Assembly: GCA_965202665.1 (NCBI GenBank)
Contig: OZ241841.1
Location: forward strand, 288,001-352,000
Length of the DNA: 64,000 nucleotides
From: Candidatus Spongiisociaceae bacterium
Lineage (GTDB): Bacteria; Actinomycetota; Acidimicrobiia; Spongiisociales; Spongiisociaceae
Reading direction: 5' to 3'
Below the pieces are notes generated by a model. It was given only the letters and a program-made list of their open reading frames with translations, ran no database searches and was not told where the DNA came from. The position numbers and the translations under genes are program-made. This document shows positions 9,832-18,690 of this stretch, piece after piece. Position 1 is the first letter of the stretch, and every line of letters begins with the position of its first letter.

Positions 9832-11034
9832 TTACCAGTCGTTTTCCCACAGGTAGGCCGCGAACTCCTCGTCCCCTTCTTTGCGTTGGCGCAGTTTCTC
9901 CAAAGCCCGGATTTCCATTTGGCGGACGCGCTCCGGGGACACCCGCATCATCTCGGCCACTTCTTTGAGGGGACGGGGATGGCCGTCCGCTAAGCCGTAG
10001 CGGAGCAAAATCACGTCCCGTTGCCGGCCGTCTAAGCATTCCAAGGCCAACGCCATGTATTCCTCCAACATCCGCTGGGCTACCGGCTTGACCGGGGAAG
10101 CCTCTCCCTGGTCGGTCAGGAAGCGTCCGTAGGTGGTCGCCGCCCCTTCGATTTCCGCTTGGTCGGGCTCGGCGAAGGCGTCCAGCGACACGCCGTCGGC
10201 CAAAACCTCCCGCAAATGCTCCACCCGGCCCCGCTCCATCCCCATATCCAGGCTCAGTTCGTCCACAGTCGGCGTCCTGCCCAGTTTCTGATAAAGGGCG
10301 ACCTGGGAGGAGTGGAATCGCGCCGCCAGTTCGGTAATATGGCTGGGCAACCGCAACAGCCTGCCCTGATCGTCCAAACCCCGGAAAATGGCCTGTTTGA
10401 TCCACCAGGCGGAGTAGGTGGAGAAGCGGAACCCCAGCCGGTAATCGAACCTGTCCACCGCCCGCATCAAACCCAGGTTGCCTTCCTGCACCAGATCCAG
10501 CAAAGGGACGTTGCCTTTCCTGTAAAGGCCGCGGGCGATTTTCACCACCAGCCGCAGGTTGGCTTCCACCAGCAGGACGGCCGCCCGCCTTCCCTCCGCC
10601 GCTTCCCGCGCCAGCCGGGCCTTTTCCCGACGGGCGGGGGAGCCCGCCGATCCGTTTCCGGCCCCCGCCGCCTCCAGCCGGGCCGCGGCCAGCCGGCCTT
10701 CGGCGACCACCAGGGCCGTCTTCACTTCCTGCCGCAAGGTCAACCGGGGGACTCGGCCGATGGAGCGCATGTACATGCCGACCGGGTCACCGGTGGCCGG
10801 CGTTTCGTCCTCGTTGAATTCCCGGAGCGGCGGGTCGGCGACGTCCGCCGCCACCCTCACCCCGCCTTCCCGCACCCGTTGCGCGATCTTGCGGAAGTCG
10901 CCGTCCGGGCGGTAAAGGGAGGGGAACAGCAACCTGATTTCAGCCGGTATTTCGCCTTCGATGACAAAGCCCCGCCGCCGGCCGCGCTGAACCAGATTGT
11001 CGACCACCGTTTGCAATTCCGGGCGCACGCGCAC
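9832..11034 (-). CDS. RpoD/SigA-family sigma-70 factor, divergent
   Basis: DPVGMYMRSIG, EANLRLVV, DLVQEGNLGLMRAVDRFDY, FSTYSAWWI; dnaG-rpoD-tRNA synteny. Confidence 0.88.
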   Translation of the reverse strand: MRVRPELQTVVDNLVQRGRRRGFVIEGEIPAEIRLLFPSLYRPDGDFRKIAQRVREGGVRVAADVADPPLREFNEDETPATGDPVGMYMRSIGRVPRLTLRQEVKTALVVAEGRLAAARLEAAGAGNGSAGSPARREKARLAREAAEGRRAAVLLVEANLRLVVKIARGLYRKGNVPLLDLVQEGNLGLMRAVDRFDYRLGFRFSTYSAWWIKQAIFRGLDDQGRLLRLPSHITELAARFHSSQVALYQKLGRTPTVDELSLDMGMERGRVEHLREVLADGVSLDAFAEPDQAEIEGAATTYGRFLTDQGEASPVKPVAQRMLEEYMALALECLDGRQRDVILLRYGLADGHPRPLKEVAEMMRVSPERVRQMEIRALEKLRQRKEGDEEFAAYLWENDW

Positions 11035-11067
11035 CGCTCCTGTGAAGAGAGTACGCCCGGCTCCCCG

Positions 11068-12828
11068 CTACAACTGTAACAGCTCCCTGGATATACGCGA
11101 CACCTCCTCCCGGTCCAAACGGCGCTCCGCCTCCAGCAGGAGCCGCCGCAGTTCCTCCTTGCGGCGCTTAAGCCGTTTGTCCCGCAGGTAGGCCAGCAGA
11201 TCCTCCGCCGGTTCCAGCGGTTTGTTCAGCAACGCCAGCGGGCGGAGCATCTCCTCCAAGCCGGGGGACCCGAGCCCCGCCAGCGGAACGGGCTTCCCCG
11301 GGGGCAATTTCATTTTACGGACCGCCTCCAGCAACTGGGCGGCGACCTCCACCCCTTGGCCGGTGAACAAGTCCAGATCCACCTGCTCCAAGGGGGCGGT
11401 CCCGGCCAGCAGATGCCGGATCATTCCCTCTTGGGCCGGTTCTATTTCTTCTTCCCGCACCGGGCCGGATTCGGCCCTTGGGCCGGGGGCCGGCCGGGGC
11501 GCGGACGATGCGGAACGGGACTCAGCCGGACGGGCCGACCGGCGGGCCCGCTCTATCTCCCGGCGCACCGTTCCCAGCTTCATGCCGGTATGCCTGGCTA
11601 CATACCCTGCCAGCTGGTCGCGCTCCCCGCTATTGGGCCTGAGCGCAATCAGGGGGGCGGCCTCGCCCATCGCGCGGCCTTGGGAAACCTCGTCTTCCAA
11701 GTCATGCCGATTGAGGATTGCCCGCACATGAAAACGAACCATCGATTCGGATTGCTTCACGTATTTCCGTAGCAGTTGCGGACCGTCTTGCTCTTTCACC
11801 AGATCGGCCGGGTCTTGGCCGGCGGGCATCATCGCCACCCGCAGATCCAAGTCCAGATTGGAGGAAATGCGCAACTCTTCCCCCCGCACCGCGGCCCGCT
11901 CCCCGGCCGCGTCGGCGTCGAAAGCCAAAATGATGGTGGAGGCGAACCGGCCCAGCAGTTCCAAGTGCCGCTTGCCCAGGGCGGTGCCGCAGGTGGCCAC
12001 CGCCGCCGGGTAGTCGGCCAAATGAAAGGCGATTACATCGGTGTAGCCTTCCACCACCACCGCCCGCCCGGCGCGGCTGATTTCGGCCCGGGCCATGTCC
12101 AGGCCGTACAGCAACTCGCTTTTTTTGTAGAGGGGGGTTTCGGGGGTGTTCAAATATTTGGGCTGTTCGTCCCCCAACGCCCGGCCCCCGAACCCGACCA
12201 GGGCCCCGGACACGTTGCGGATGGGAAAAATAAGCCGCCCCCGGATGTGGTCGAAGAGCCGGCCCTCCCGGTTGCGTTTGGCCAATCCCGCCTCCAGTAT
12301 CACCCGCTCCGCAAACCCCTGCTGGTGCAGAAAGCGGGACAGGGCATCCCAACCGGGGGGGGAGAAACCCAACCCAAATTTCTCAACTATCTCCCGGCCG
12401 TAGCCCCGTCCCCGCACGTAGTCGCGGGCGGCCGCCGCCTCTTTCGATTGATTGAAAAAATCGCGATAAAACCGTCCCGCCTCTTCCACCGCGTCCAGCA
12501 GGCGGCGACGCTTCTCCCGGTTGCGGTCGGCGCCGGGCGTCGCGGCCAGGGTGATGCCCGCCCGGTCGGCCAGCTCCTGCAAAGCCTCCCGGAATTCCAG
12601 CCCCTCGGTCAGTTGCAGGAAGGTGAACACATCCCCGCCCTCATCGCAACCGAAGCAGTGGAACAGCCCCCGCCCGGGGTCGATGGACAGGGAAGGGGTT
12701 TTTTCGGAATGGAACGGGCAGATAGCCTGCCAAGAAGCTCCCGATTTCTTGACGGTGGTCACCGCCTCGAACATCGCAACCAGGTTGGTGGATTGCCGAA
12801 CCCGCTCCACATCATCGCGACCAGCCAT
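11068..12828 (-). CDS. dnaG: DNA primase
   Basis: CPFH..KTPS...CFGC zinc finger, KYLNTPET, VVEGYTDV, AFDADAAG; TACACT-N7-ATG leaderless start. Confidence 0.95.
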   Translation of the reverse strand: MAGRDDVERVRQSTNLVAMFEAVTTVKKSGASWQAICPFHSEKTPSLSIDPGRGLFHCFGCDEGGDVFTFLQLTEGLEFREALQELADRAGITLAATPGADRNREKRRRLLDAVEEAGRFYRDFFNQSKEAAAARDYVRGRGYGREIVEKFGLGFSPPGWDALSRFLHQQGFAERVILEAGLAKRNREGRLFDHIRGRLIFPIRNVSGALVGFGGRALGDEQPKYLNTPETPLYKKSELLYGLDMARAEISRAGRAVVVEGYTDVIAFHLADYPAAVATCGTALGKRHLELLGRFASTIILAFDADAAGERAAVRGEELRISSNLDLDLRVAMMPAGQDPADLVKEQDGPQLLRKYVKQSESMVRFHVRAILNRHDLEDEVSQGRAMGEAAPLIALRPNSGERDQLAGYVARHTGMKLGTVRREIERARRSARPAESRSASSAPRPAPGPRAESGPVREEEIEPAQEGMIRHLLAGTAPLEQVDLDLFTGQGVEVAAQLLEAVRKMKLPPGKPVPLAGLGSPGLEEMLRPLALLNKPLEPAEDLLAYLRDKRLKRRKEELRRLLLEAERRLDREEVSRISRELLQL

Positions 12829-13066
12829 ACCCCAGAGTGTAGGCGCCCCCAGCGACAAAACCCCCCGCCAGCTCCGGAGGGAGCATCCGCTTACCGCAAT
12901 TTTCCCCCGCGAGGCCGAAATCGGCGACCTACCTCCTACCCCAACCCTCTAGGCGAGAACCTCCATTCCCCCACCCGAACCCGGACAGGGACATCGGCTG
13001 GACGCACAACGCGACCATCATGCATAGAGTGGGTAGTACTAATATACAACCGAAGCTATTATACTA

Positions 13067-13498
13067 TTAAAAGATCCATCTGATTATCAAAATAGATAAA
13101 GCTAGTATAGAATAAAATATATAAATAGAAAATGACGTCAAACTACGTAAGAATACTTTCGGAATGGAACCGGTAGGTTTCACAACATATAAATCAGATG
13201 ACACCAAGTTGCCTTTTTCTAAATTACTGACAAAGTCGTTATAAGAATCACGAAACGCTCTTTCCAAGGCAAGATAATATGTGTCAAGTATCAGAAAAAG
13301 TAATATTGGCACAAATACAAACAGAATATAATCGGGCCTATCAATCCTGGCAACCAAAATCAGGCTTGCCGACACTAGAGTAACGCACCAAACCTTGCAA
13401 GCGCGACTATTATCTGCCATCCTCTCAATTACCCTTTGCGTAATTGTCAGATGGGTTTGCACCGAAGAAGATTCTGCATTCAGAGCAACATTGTCCAT
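13067..13498 (-). CDS. Small membrane protein (about 3 TM) coupled to the TIR gene, candidate defence effector
   Basis: HLTITQRVIERMADNS..CKVW, LDTYYLALERAFR; TAATG overlap; low GC. Confidence 0.7.
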   Translation of the reverse strand: MDNVALNAESSSVQTHLTITQRVIERMADNSRACKVWCVTLVSASLILVARIDRPDYILFVFVPILLFLILDTYYLALERAFRDSYNDFVSNLEKGNLVSSDLYVVKPTGSIPKVFLRSLTSFSIYIFYSILALSILIIRWIF

Positions 13499-13995
13499 TA
13501 TTTACTCCCTCTGATTCTGATAGCTTCCTCTACCCAATTTGCAAGATTATCGTGAATATAACTGTAAACATTATTGCTTATATTGGATGGAGGATCATAG
13601 GTTTTAATGATATCAGACAAAGATTGTATTCCTATCGCAGGATGGGCAAATGGATTAGTGCCTTTGTAAGATTGCTCTTTTTCCCGGTTCTTTAGGTTGT
13701 GTATATAGATTCCTAACAAACCTTTCTTGTCTATCCAAGCTTTTTTGATTTCATAATTAATCCACCTACGGCCTGCTGTTTTGGCACCAATTAAAACAAC
13801 CGCGCAAGACCTTCCTTCCATTTGATGGTCAATCCACCACTTGATGGCTGCATCCCCACCGCTCTTAATTTCCTCCCAGTCGTTACCCGAGACGGGTTGG
13901 TTGCCTTCCAGCACGCCCATCTCACGAACCTGAGCGGCGCGCCAAGCATCTTGATGATAATCGAAGCTGTAGAATACTCTACGTTTAGTTGCCAT
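13498..13995 (-). CDS. TIR-domain protein (ThsB/DUF1863-like)
   Basis: RVFYSFDY..D.WRA.QVR, CAVVLIG..T..RRWINYEI with the catalytic-type Glu; alternative TTG start at 14043. Confidence 0.85.
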   Translation of the reverse strand: MATKRRVFYSFDYHQDAWRAAQVREMGVLEGNQPVSGNDWEEIKSGGDAAIKWWIDHQMEGRSCAVVLIGAKTAGRRWINYEIKKAWIDKKGLLGIYIHNLKNREKEQSYKGTNPFAHPAIGIQSLSDIIKTYDPPSNISNNVYSYIHDNLANWVEEAIRIRGSK

Positions 13996-14049
13996 TTTGG
14001 ACTCCTGCCTGTTGTTCGCCACTGCATCGGGCAGTGCCTTCAAACCTCC

Positions 14050-14077
14050 AGTATACCCTCAGGCGTACTTGTGTCAA
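14050..14077 (-). promoter_or_regulatory. Near-consensus sigma-70 promoter for the TIR operon
   Basis: TTGACA-N16-TATACT on the minus strand. Confidence 0.7.
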
Positions 14078-14080
14078 GGC

Positions 14081-14160
14081 TAGGGGGATAGGGTTTGCTA
14101 AGTTTACGGCTAGTAGCACCCCTTCGCTTACGCTGGCTAGTGTTGGGGCGGCGGGGATAC
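14081..14160 (-). pseudogene. Degenerate copy of the yceI 3' end (original about 15799-15878)
   Basis: tagggggataggg...gtttacggctagtag...tcgctta.gctggcta aligns by eye. Confidence 0.8.
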
Positions 14161-14167
14161 CCGTCTC

Positions 14168-14303
14168 GGCGACGGTAGCGGCACCCGATGGCCTGCGTCA
14201 CAATCACCTCCACCTCCCACAACGGACGCAAAACGGAAACAACCTGTTCGGTCGCTTCCGTCAACTCCGATTTGCGGGGAAGGAGCAACATAGCCGTCCT
14301 CAG
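14168..14303 (-). pseudogene. Degenerate copy of a glyQS 3' segment (original about 16639-16775)
   Basis: Encodes VSVLRPLWEVEVIVTQAIGCRYRR versus ASVLRPLWEVEVDVTQAIGRRYRR. Confidence 0.9.
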
Positions 14304-14422
14304 TCGACTTGATCGTCCCGCCAAACGAAAAACCTCCACCGCACATATGCAACCAAAGTACGCAACGGGCACCTGCCCGGTCAACTGGGAGCTCTGAACC
14401 AATGGGGCATTGCTTCTTCTCG

Positions 14423-14851
14423 CTAGCCTCGTTGGTTCACATGCCTGATGATCTCCAAATCAGGAATGCCCTGAAAATCGCTATCATCTGTAGCCAAAGG
14501 GCAATCGATCAATAAAGCGGTAGCGGCGATCCAGGCATCAGCGGAATTAAGTGTATGCCCTACTTTTTTCTGCTGGCTACGCAAAGAAGCGGACTGTTCA
14601 CTCAATTGTATATCTGATTCTATTATATTATACTCTCTTATATGTTTTAGTAGATTGCTATATCTTGTTTCTCCCCAATCGCGAGAATGAGCCCAAAATA
14701 AAAGCTCTTCTACGGTTTGAAACGAGATAATCAATTCCCGTCCTTCAGTAGCATTATGATAATAGTCTACCTTTGCAGGTGGTCTTTTTTCAGGGTTAAA
14801 CAATATAGATACAACACTAGTATCTACTACCAAAGGACTAAAATCAGACAT
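14423..14851 (-). CDS. PIN-domain (VapC-like) ribonuclease
   Basis: VVDTSVVS, QTVEEL, ADAWIAATA, LATDDSDF. Confidence 0.9.
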   Translation of the reverse strand: MSDFSPLVVDTSVVSILFNPEKRPPAKVDYYHNATEGRELIISFQTVEELLFWAHSRDWGETRYSNLLKHIREYNIIESDIQLSEQSASLRSQQKKVGHTLNSADAWIAATALLIDCPLATDDSDFQGIPDLEIIRHVNQRG

Positions 14852-15746
14852 CAATTTCACGACTCTTGCTTAAATTTCTATCGTTTCTAATTTCTTTGCG
14901 GAACTCTTGATATTCTTTGTAGTCCATATCTACTTTATTGGTTTGATTAGGGTAGTATATTTTAGGATTAGGATTATTTTTATACTCTTCCACGGTAAGT
15001 GTCATAGAGCGAGTATCCTCAATTTCTTCTACTTGTAAATAATCTAATTTGTTGTCTTTTTTGAACTGACCATGTCCTCTTACTTCAACATGCTTAGTGG
15101 CTAGTTTAGTCATCTGATCTTTCAGTTTCTTATCAAAACGAAGCCGTATGTAGTCAGCCCCATGAAATTCGTGCAGTTGAGCGGTGTTTTTGGCCCAGTT
15201 TATCTCTTTGAGCCAACCCCACAAAAGCATATGTTCGGATTCCAGGGGGGACTTAGCGGGGCGGGGCAAGGGTCGGACCTCCGTTTGGCGGGGCTGGGCC
15301 ATGTCGCCCAGCCAAACCTTGGTCCCGTCGGGCAGGCAGGAACTCATCTCGCCCAACTTGTTCAACACCTGCTCCGGCAAGGCGGGCTGCCCGTTGGCCT
15401 TCTGTCTTCGCAGGGCCCTCATAGCCTGAATTCCGAGATTTTGGCCATCGGGGCCTGCCTCTGCCGCCTTTGGGGCCAACTCGGTGATCATAGAACCTTT
15501 ATGAATGGCGACCAGCCGCAGGGCGCTTTGCTCGCGAGCCCACTTAGGCGGGGGACCGGGTTTGCCCATCTCCCCTCCGCCCAAATGGACAACTAAGAGC
15601 CGCATTGCATCCTGCAGGCCGCCCAACGCGCTCAAAAAGGATTCCAGGGGCAAGCCGGCATCTTCAATGCCCGCCCCCTCAAAGGTAATCGTCAGATTGT
15701 CGGTTGAGATGCGCCTCCTCGCCTCGCCGTCCATCAGTTTAGGCAT
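14844..15746 (-). CDS. Hypothetical 300-aa protein overlapping the PIN gene, possible antitoxin or partner
   Basis: Long ORF coupled to PIN; no family recognised. Confidence 0.7.
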   Translation of the reverse strand: MPKLMDGEARRRISTDNLTITFEGAGIEDAGLPLESFLSALGGLQDAMRLLVVHLGGGEMGKPGPPPKWAREQSALRLVAIHKGSMITELAPKAAEAGPDGQNLGIQAMRALRRQKANGQPALPEQVLNKLGEMSSCLPDGTKVWLGDMAQPRQTEVRPLPRPAKSPLESEHMLLWGWLKEINWAKNTAQLHEFHGADYIRLRFDKKLKDQMTKLATKHVEVRGHGQFKKDNKLDYLQVEEIEDTRSMTLTVEEYKNNPNPKIYYPNQTNKVDMDYKEYQEFRKEIRNDRNLSKSREIDV

Positions 15747-15797
15747 GACGCGCCGCTACCGGAAAACAAGCATGCGGATGCAACAGCCGCCCCGGGC

Positions 15798-16490
15798 TTA
15801 GGGGGATAGGGCTACTAGGTTTACGGCTAGTAGGACCTCGTCGCTTATGCTGGCTACCATTGGGACTGCGGGGATGCTTAGGTTGAAATCGGCGTGGAGG
15901 ACGGAGGCGGTTGCTTCTATTTCCAGGCGGGAGCGGCTGGCCAAGGTTATTTGGCCCGCAAAAGTTACCGGCTGGGTCGTTCCGCTCAGCGTCAAATCGC
16001 CGGTTACCGTTACTGGGAGACTTTCTCCGACCGCTACCTCCCCGGGCAGCCCCTCCAACGCGGTGGGGACGAACCGGGCGAACTCGTTTTCCTCGTCGGA
16101 GGTGTTGAGAATCCGGCTGCGTATGGCCCGGTCCCGCAGGGAATCGTCGGTGGACAGGGTGCGCACGTTGATAACTATCTCCCCCACCTCGGAGGCGGAC
16201 GGGTCGTCGAAATCCACCCTGATCTGGCCGGCCACTTCGCTGGTGGTCCCCGTCACTCGGAAGTCGTTCCCCCGCAGCACCTCGTCTATCTCGAACCGCA
16301 CCTCGGACTGGGTTTTGTCGATTTCGAAGACGGCTTGGGAAGCCCCCTCCTCCACCGCCACCGAAGCGGCGGTCACTTCCACACTGGGTTCGCCGCTGCC
16401 CCCCGAAAACCAGATGTAGGCCAGCCAGCCGACGACGGCCAACACCGCCAGCCCCACCAACCAGACGAGACGAATCAACCAGCGGGTCAT
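15798..16490 (-). CDS. YceI-family protein with N-terminal TM anchor
   Basis: FEIDKTQSEVRF, TDDSLRDRAI, VTGDLTLSGTTQPVTF. Confidence 0.88.
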   Translation of the reverse strand: MTRWLIRLVWLVGLAVLAVVGWLAYIWFSGGSGEPSVEVTAASVAVEEGASQAVFEIDKTQSEVRFEIDEVLRGNDFRVTGTTSEVAGQIRVDFDDPSASEVGEIVINVRTLSTDDSLRDRAIRSRILNTSDEENEFARFVPTALEGLPGEVAVGESLPVTVTGDLTLSGTTQPVTFAGQITLASRSRLEIEATASVLHADFNLSIPAVPMVASISDEVLLAVNLVALSP

Positions 16491-17797
16491 ACCGGCAGTT
16501 TATCCCGCAGATACTCCGCCAGGCGGCCAATCCCCACCCGGTCCTGGGCCATCGTGTCCCGGTCCCGCACCGTCGCCGCCTGATCGTCCAAAGTTTCAAA
16601 GTCGATGGTGACGCAAAACGGGGTGCCGATCTCGTCCTGGCGGCGGTAGCGGCGCCCGATGGCCTGCGTCACATCCACCTCCACCTCCCACAACGGACGC
16701 AAAACGGAAGCGACCCTTTCGGTTGCCTCCACCAAATCCGGTTTGCGGGACAGGGGCAGCACGGCCGCTTTCACCGGGGCCAGCCGGGGATCCAACCGGA
16801 GCACGGTGCGGTTCTCGTCGTTGACTTTTTCCTGATGGTAGGCGTCTATCAAAAAAGCGAATGTGGCCCGGGTGGCCCCCGCCGCCGGTTCGATCACATA
16901 CGGGAAAAAACGCTCCCCGGTGTCGGCTTCGAAGTAGGTCAAATCTTTGCCGGAATGTTCGGCGTGGGCCCGCAGGTCGTAGTCGGTGCGGTTGGCGATG
17001 CCCTCCAACTCGTCCCACCCCCACGGGAAACGGTATTCCACGTCATACGTCCCGGCCGCGTAATGGGCCAGCTCGTCCGGTTCGTGCTCCCGCAAACGCA
17101 AATTTTCGGATTTCATCCCCAACTCCAGATACCAGTTGCGGCGCTCCTCCACCCAGTATTCAAACCACTGGTCGGCCTGGTCCGGCGGAGTGAAAAACTC
17201 CATTTCCATCTGCTCGAACTCGCGGGTGCGGAACACGAACTGGCCGGGGGTGATCTCGTTGCGGAACGATTTGCCCACTTGGGCGATCCCGAACGGAAGT
17301 TTTTTGCGGGACACCCGCCGCACGTTCTCAAAGTTGATGAAAATCCCCTGGGCGGTCTCCGGGCGCAGAAACACCAGGTTTTCCTCGGAGGCCACCGGCC
17401 CCATATGGGTGCGGAACATCAGGTTGAACTCCCGGGCTTCGGTGAAAGTCCCTTTGCCCCCGCACCGAGGACACTGATCGGGCCGCTCCAGTTTGTCCAA
17501 CCGATGACGGATGTTGCAGGCAGTGCATTCCACCATCGGGTCGTGAAAGGCGGAAACGTGCCCGGAGGCCTCCCACACCGCCGCCGCCTGGATGATGGCC
17601 GAATCCAGACCGACCACATCGTCCCGCAACCGCACCATGGACCGCCACCACTGCTCTTTCACGTTGCGCAACAGGGCCGTCCCCAACGGGCCGTAGTCGT
17701 AGGAGGAACGCAGGCCGCCGTAGATGTCGGAAGCCTGAAAAACGAACCCACGCTTTTTGGACAGGTTGACGATGTCGTCGAAGACGGGGACGGGCAT
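16487..17797 (-). CDS. glyQS: Glycine--tRNA ligase, homodimeric type
   Basis: KRGFVF...IYGG...YDYGPLG, LRPETAQGIF, FRNEITPG.F.FRTREFEQME, YVIEP, RYRRQDEIGTP. Confidence 0.95.
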   Translation of the reverse strand: MPVPVFDDIVNLSKKRGFVFQASDIYGGLRSSYDYGPLGTALLRNVKEQWWRSMVRLRDDVVGLDSAIIQAAAVWEASGHVSAFHDPMVECTACNIRHRLDKLERPDQCPRCGGKGTFTEAREFNLMFRTHMGPVASEENLVFLRPETAQGIFINFENVRRVSRKKLPFGIAQVGKSFRNEITPGQFVFRTREFEQMEMEFFTPPDQADQWFEYWVEERRNWYLELGMKSENLRLREHEPDELAHYAAGTYDVEYRFPWGWDELEGIANRTDYDLRAHAEHSGKDLTYFEADTGERFFPYVIEPAAGATRATFAFLIDAYHQEKVNDENRTVLRLDPRLAPVKAAVLPLSRKPDLVEATERVASVLRPLWEVEVDVTQAIGRRYRRQDEIGTPFCVTIDFETLDDQAATVRDRDTMAQDRVGIGRLAEYLRDKLPV

Positions 17798-17904
17798 GGC
17801 GGTTGCTGTTCCAATCAGGGTCGGGGGCGGTCAAAGTTGGGTTGGGTTGTGGGCCGAACGACGTCGGCCGCCCGCCAATCCTACCCGCTCCCCCGCCCGC
17901 CGCC

Positions 17905-18672
17905 CTACCGCGCCCCGCCGAACCGCCGTCCCCGCCGCTGGTATTCGACTATGCAATCCACCAACGACTGGGCGCCGAAGTCCGGCCAGCGGGTTTCGGT
18001 GAAAACCAGTTCGGAGTAGGCCCCCGACCAGAGCCAGAAGTTGGAAACCCGCATCTCCCCGGAGGTTCGCACGATCATATCCGGGTCGGGCATCTCCGGG
18101 ATGAACATCGCCTGCGCCACCGCCCGCTCGTCGATGTCCCCCGCAACGAGCTCGCCGGCCGCAACCCCGACGGCCAGGGCGCGCGCCGCCCGCACCACTT
18201 CGTCCCGGCCCCCGTAGTTGAAAGCCAGAACCAGATGCAACCGGTCGTTGCCGGCGGTGACCCGTTCCGCCTCCGCCATATGGGCCCGGTTGCGCTCCGG
18301 AATGCGTGGGTCGGCCAAATCACCGGCGAAGCGAAACCGAACCCCCCGTTCCGCCAGCGCGTCCCGGCGGCGGAGCAACAGGTCCTCGTTGAACCACATC
18401 AGAAACTCCACTTCTGCCGGGTCCCGCGTCCAGTTTTCGGTGGAAAAAGCGTAGGCGGACAGCCATCCCACCCCGGCCGCCAACGCCCCTTCCACGCAGT
18501 CGAACAGGGCCGCCTCCCCGGCCGCGTGCCCGGCGGTGCGGGGCAGGCCCCGCTCCTGCGCCCAACGCCCGTTGCCGTCCATAATCAACCCGACATGGAC
18601 GGGAACCCTCCCCGGATCCAACTCAGAAAGGTCTATACCGCGGCGATCATCAGCCATTACATCCTTTTCCAT
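17905..18672 (-). CDS. uppS: Polyprenyl diphosphate synthase
   Basis: HVGLIMDGNGRWA, YAFSTENW, NYGGR, RTSGEMRVSNF. Confidence 0.95.
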   Translation of the reverse strand: MEKDVMADDRRGIDLSELDPGRVPVHVGLIMDGNGRWAQERGLPRTAGHAAGEAALFDCVEGALAAGVGWLSAYAFSTENWTRDPAEVEFLMWFNEDLLLRRRDALAERGVRFRFAGDLADPRIPERNRAHMAEAERVTAGNDRLHLVLAFNYGGRDEVVRAARALAVGVAAGELVAGDIDERAVAQAMFIPEMPDPDMIVRTSGEMRVSNFWLWSGAYSELVFTETRWPDFGAQSLVDCIVEYQRRGRRFGGAR

Positions 18673-18690
18673 TTTCCTCTCCCAAGTTGC

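Noticed and set aside
14040-14402. 120-aa ORF in the six-frame track
   Set aside because: It is a chance read-through of the glyQS and yceI remnants.
16487-17797. Prolyl-tRNA synthetase
   Set aside because: The IYGG/YDYGPLG, LRPETAQG and FRTREFEQME motifs and the synteny fit homodimeric GlyRS.
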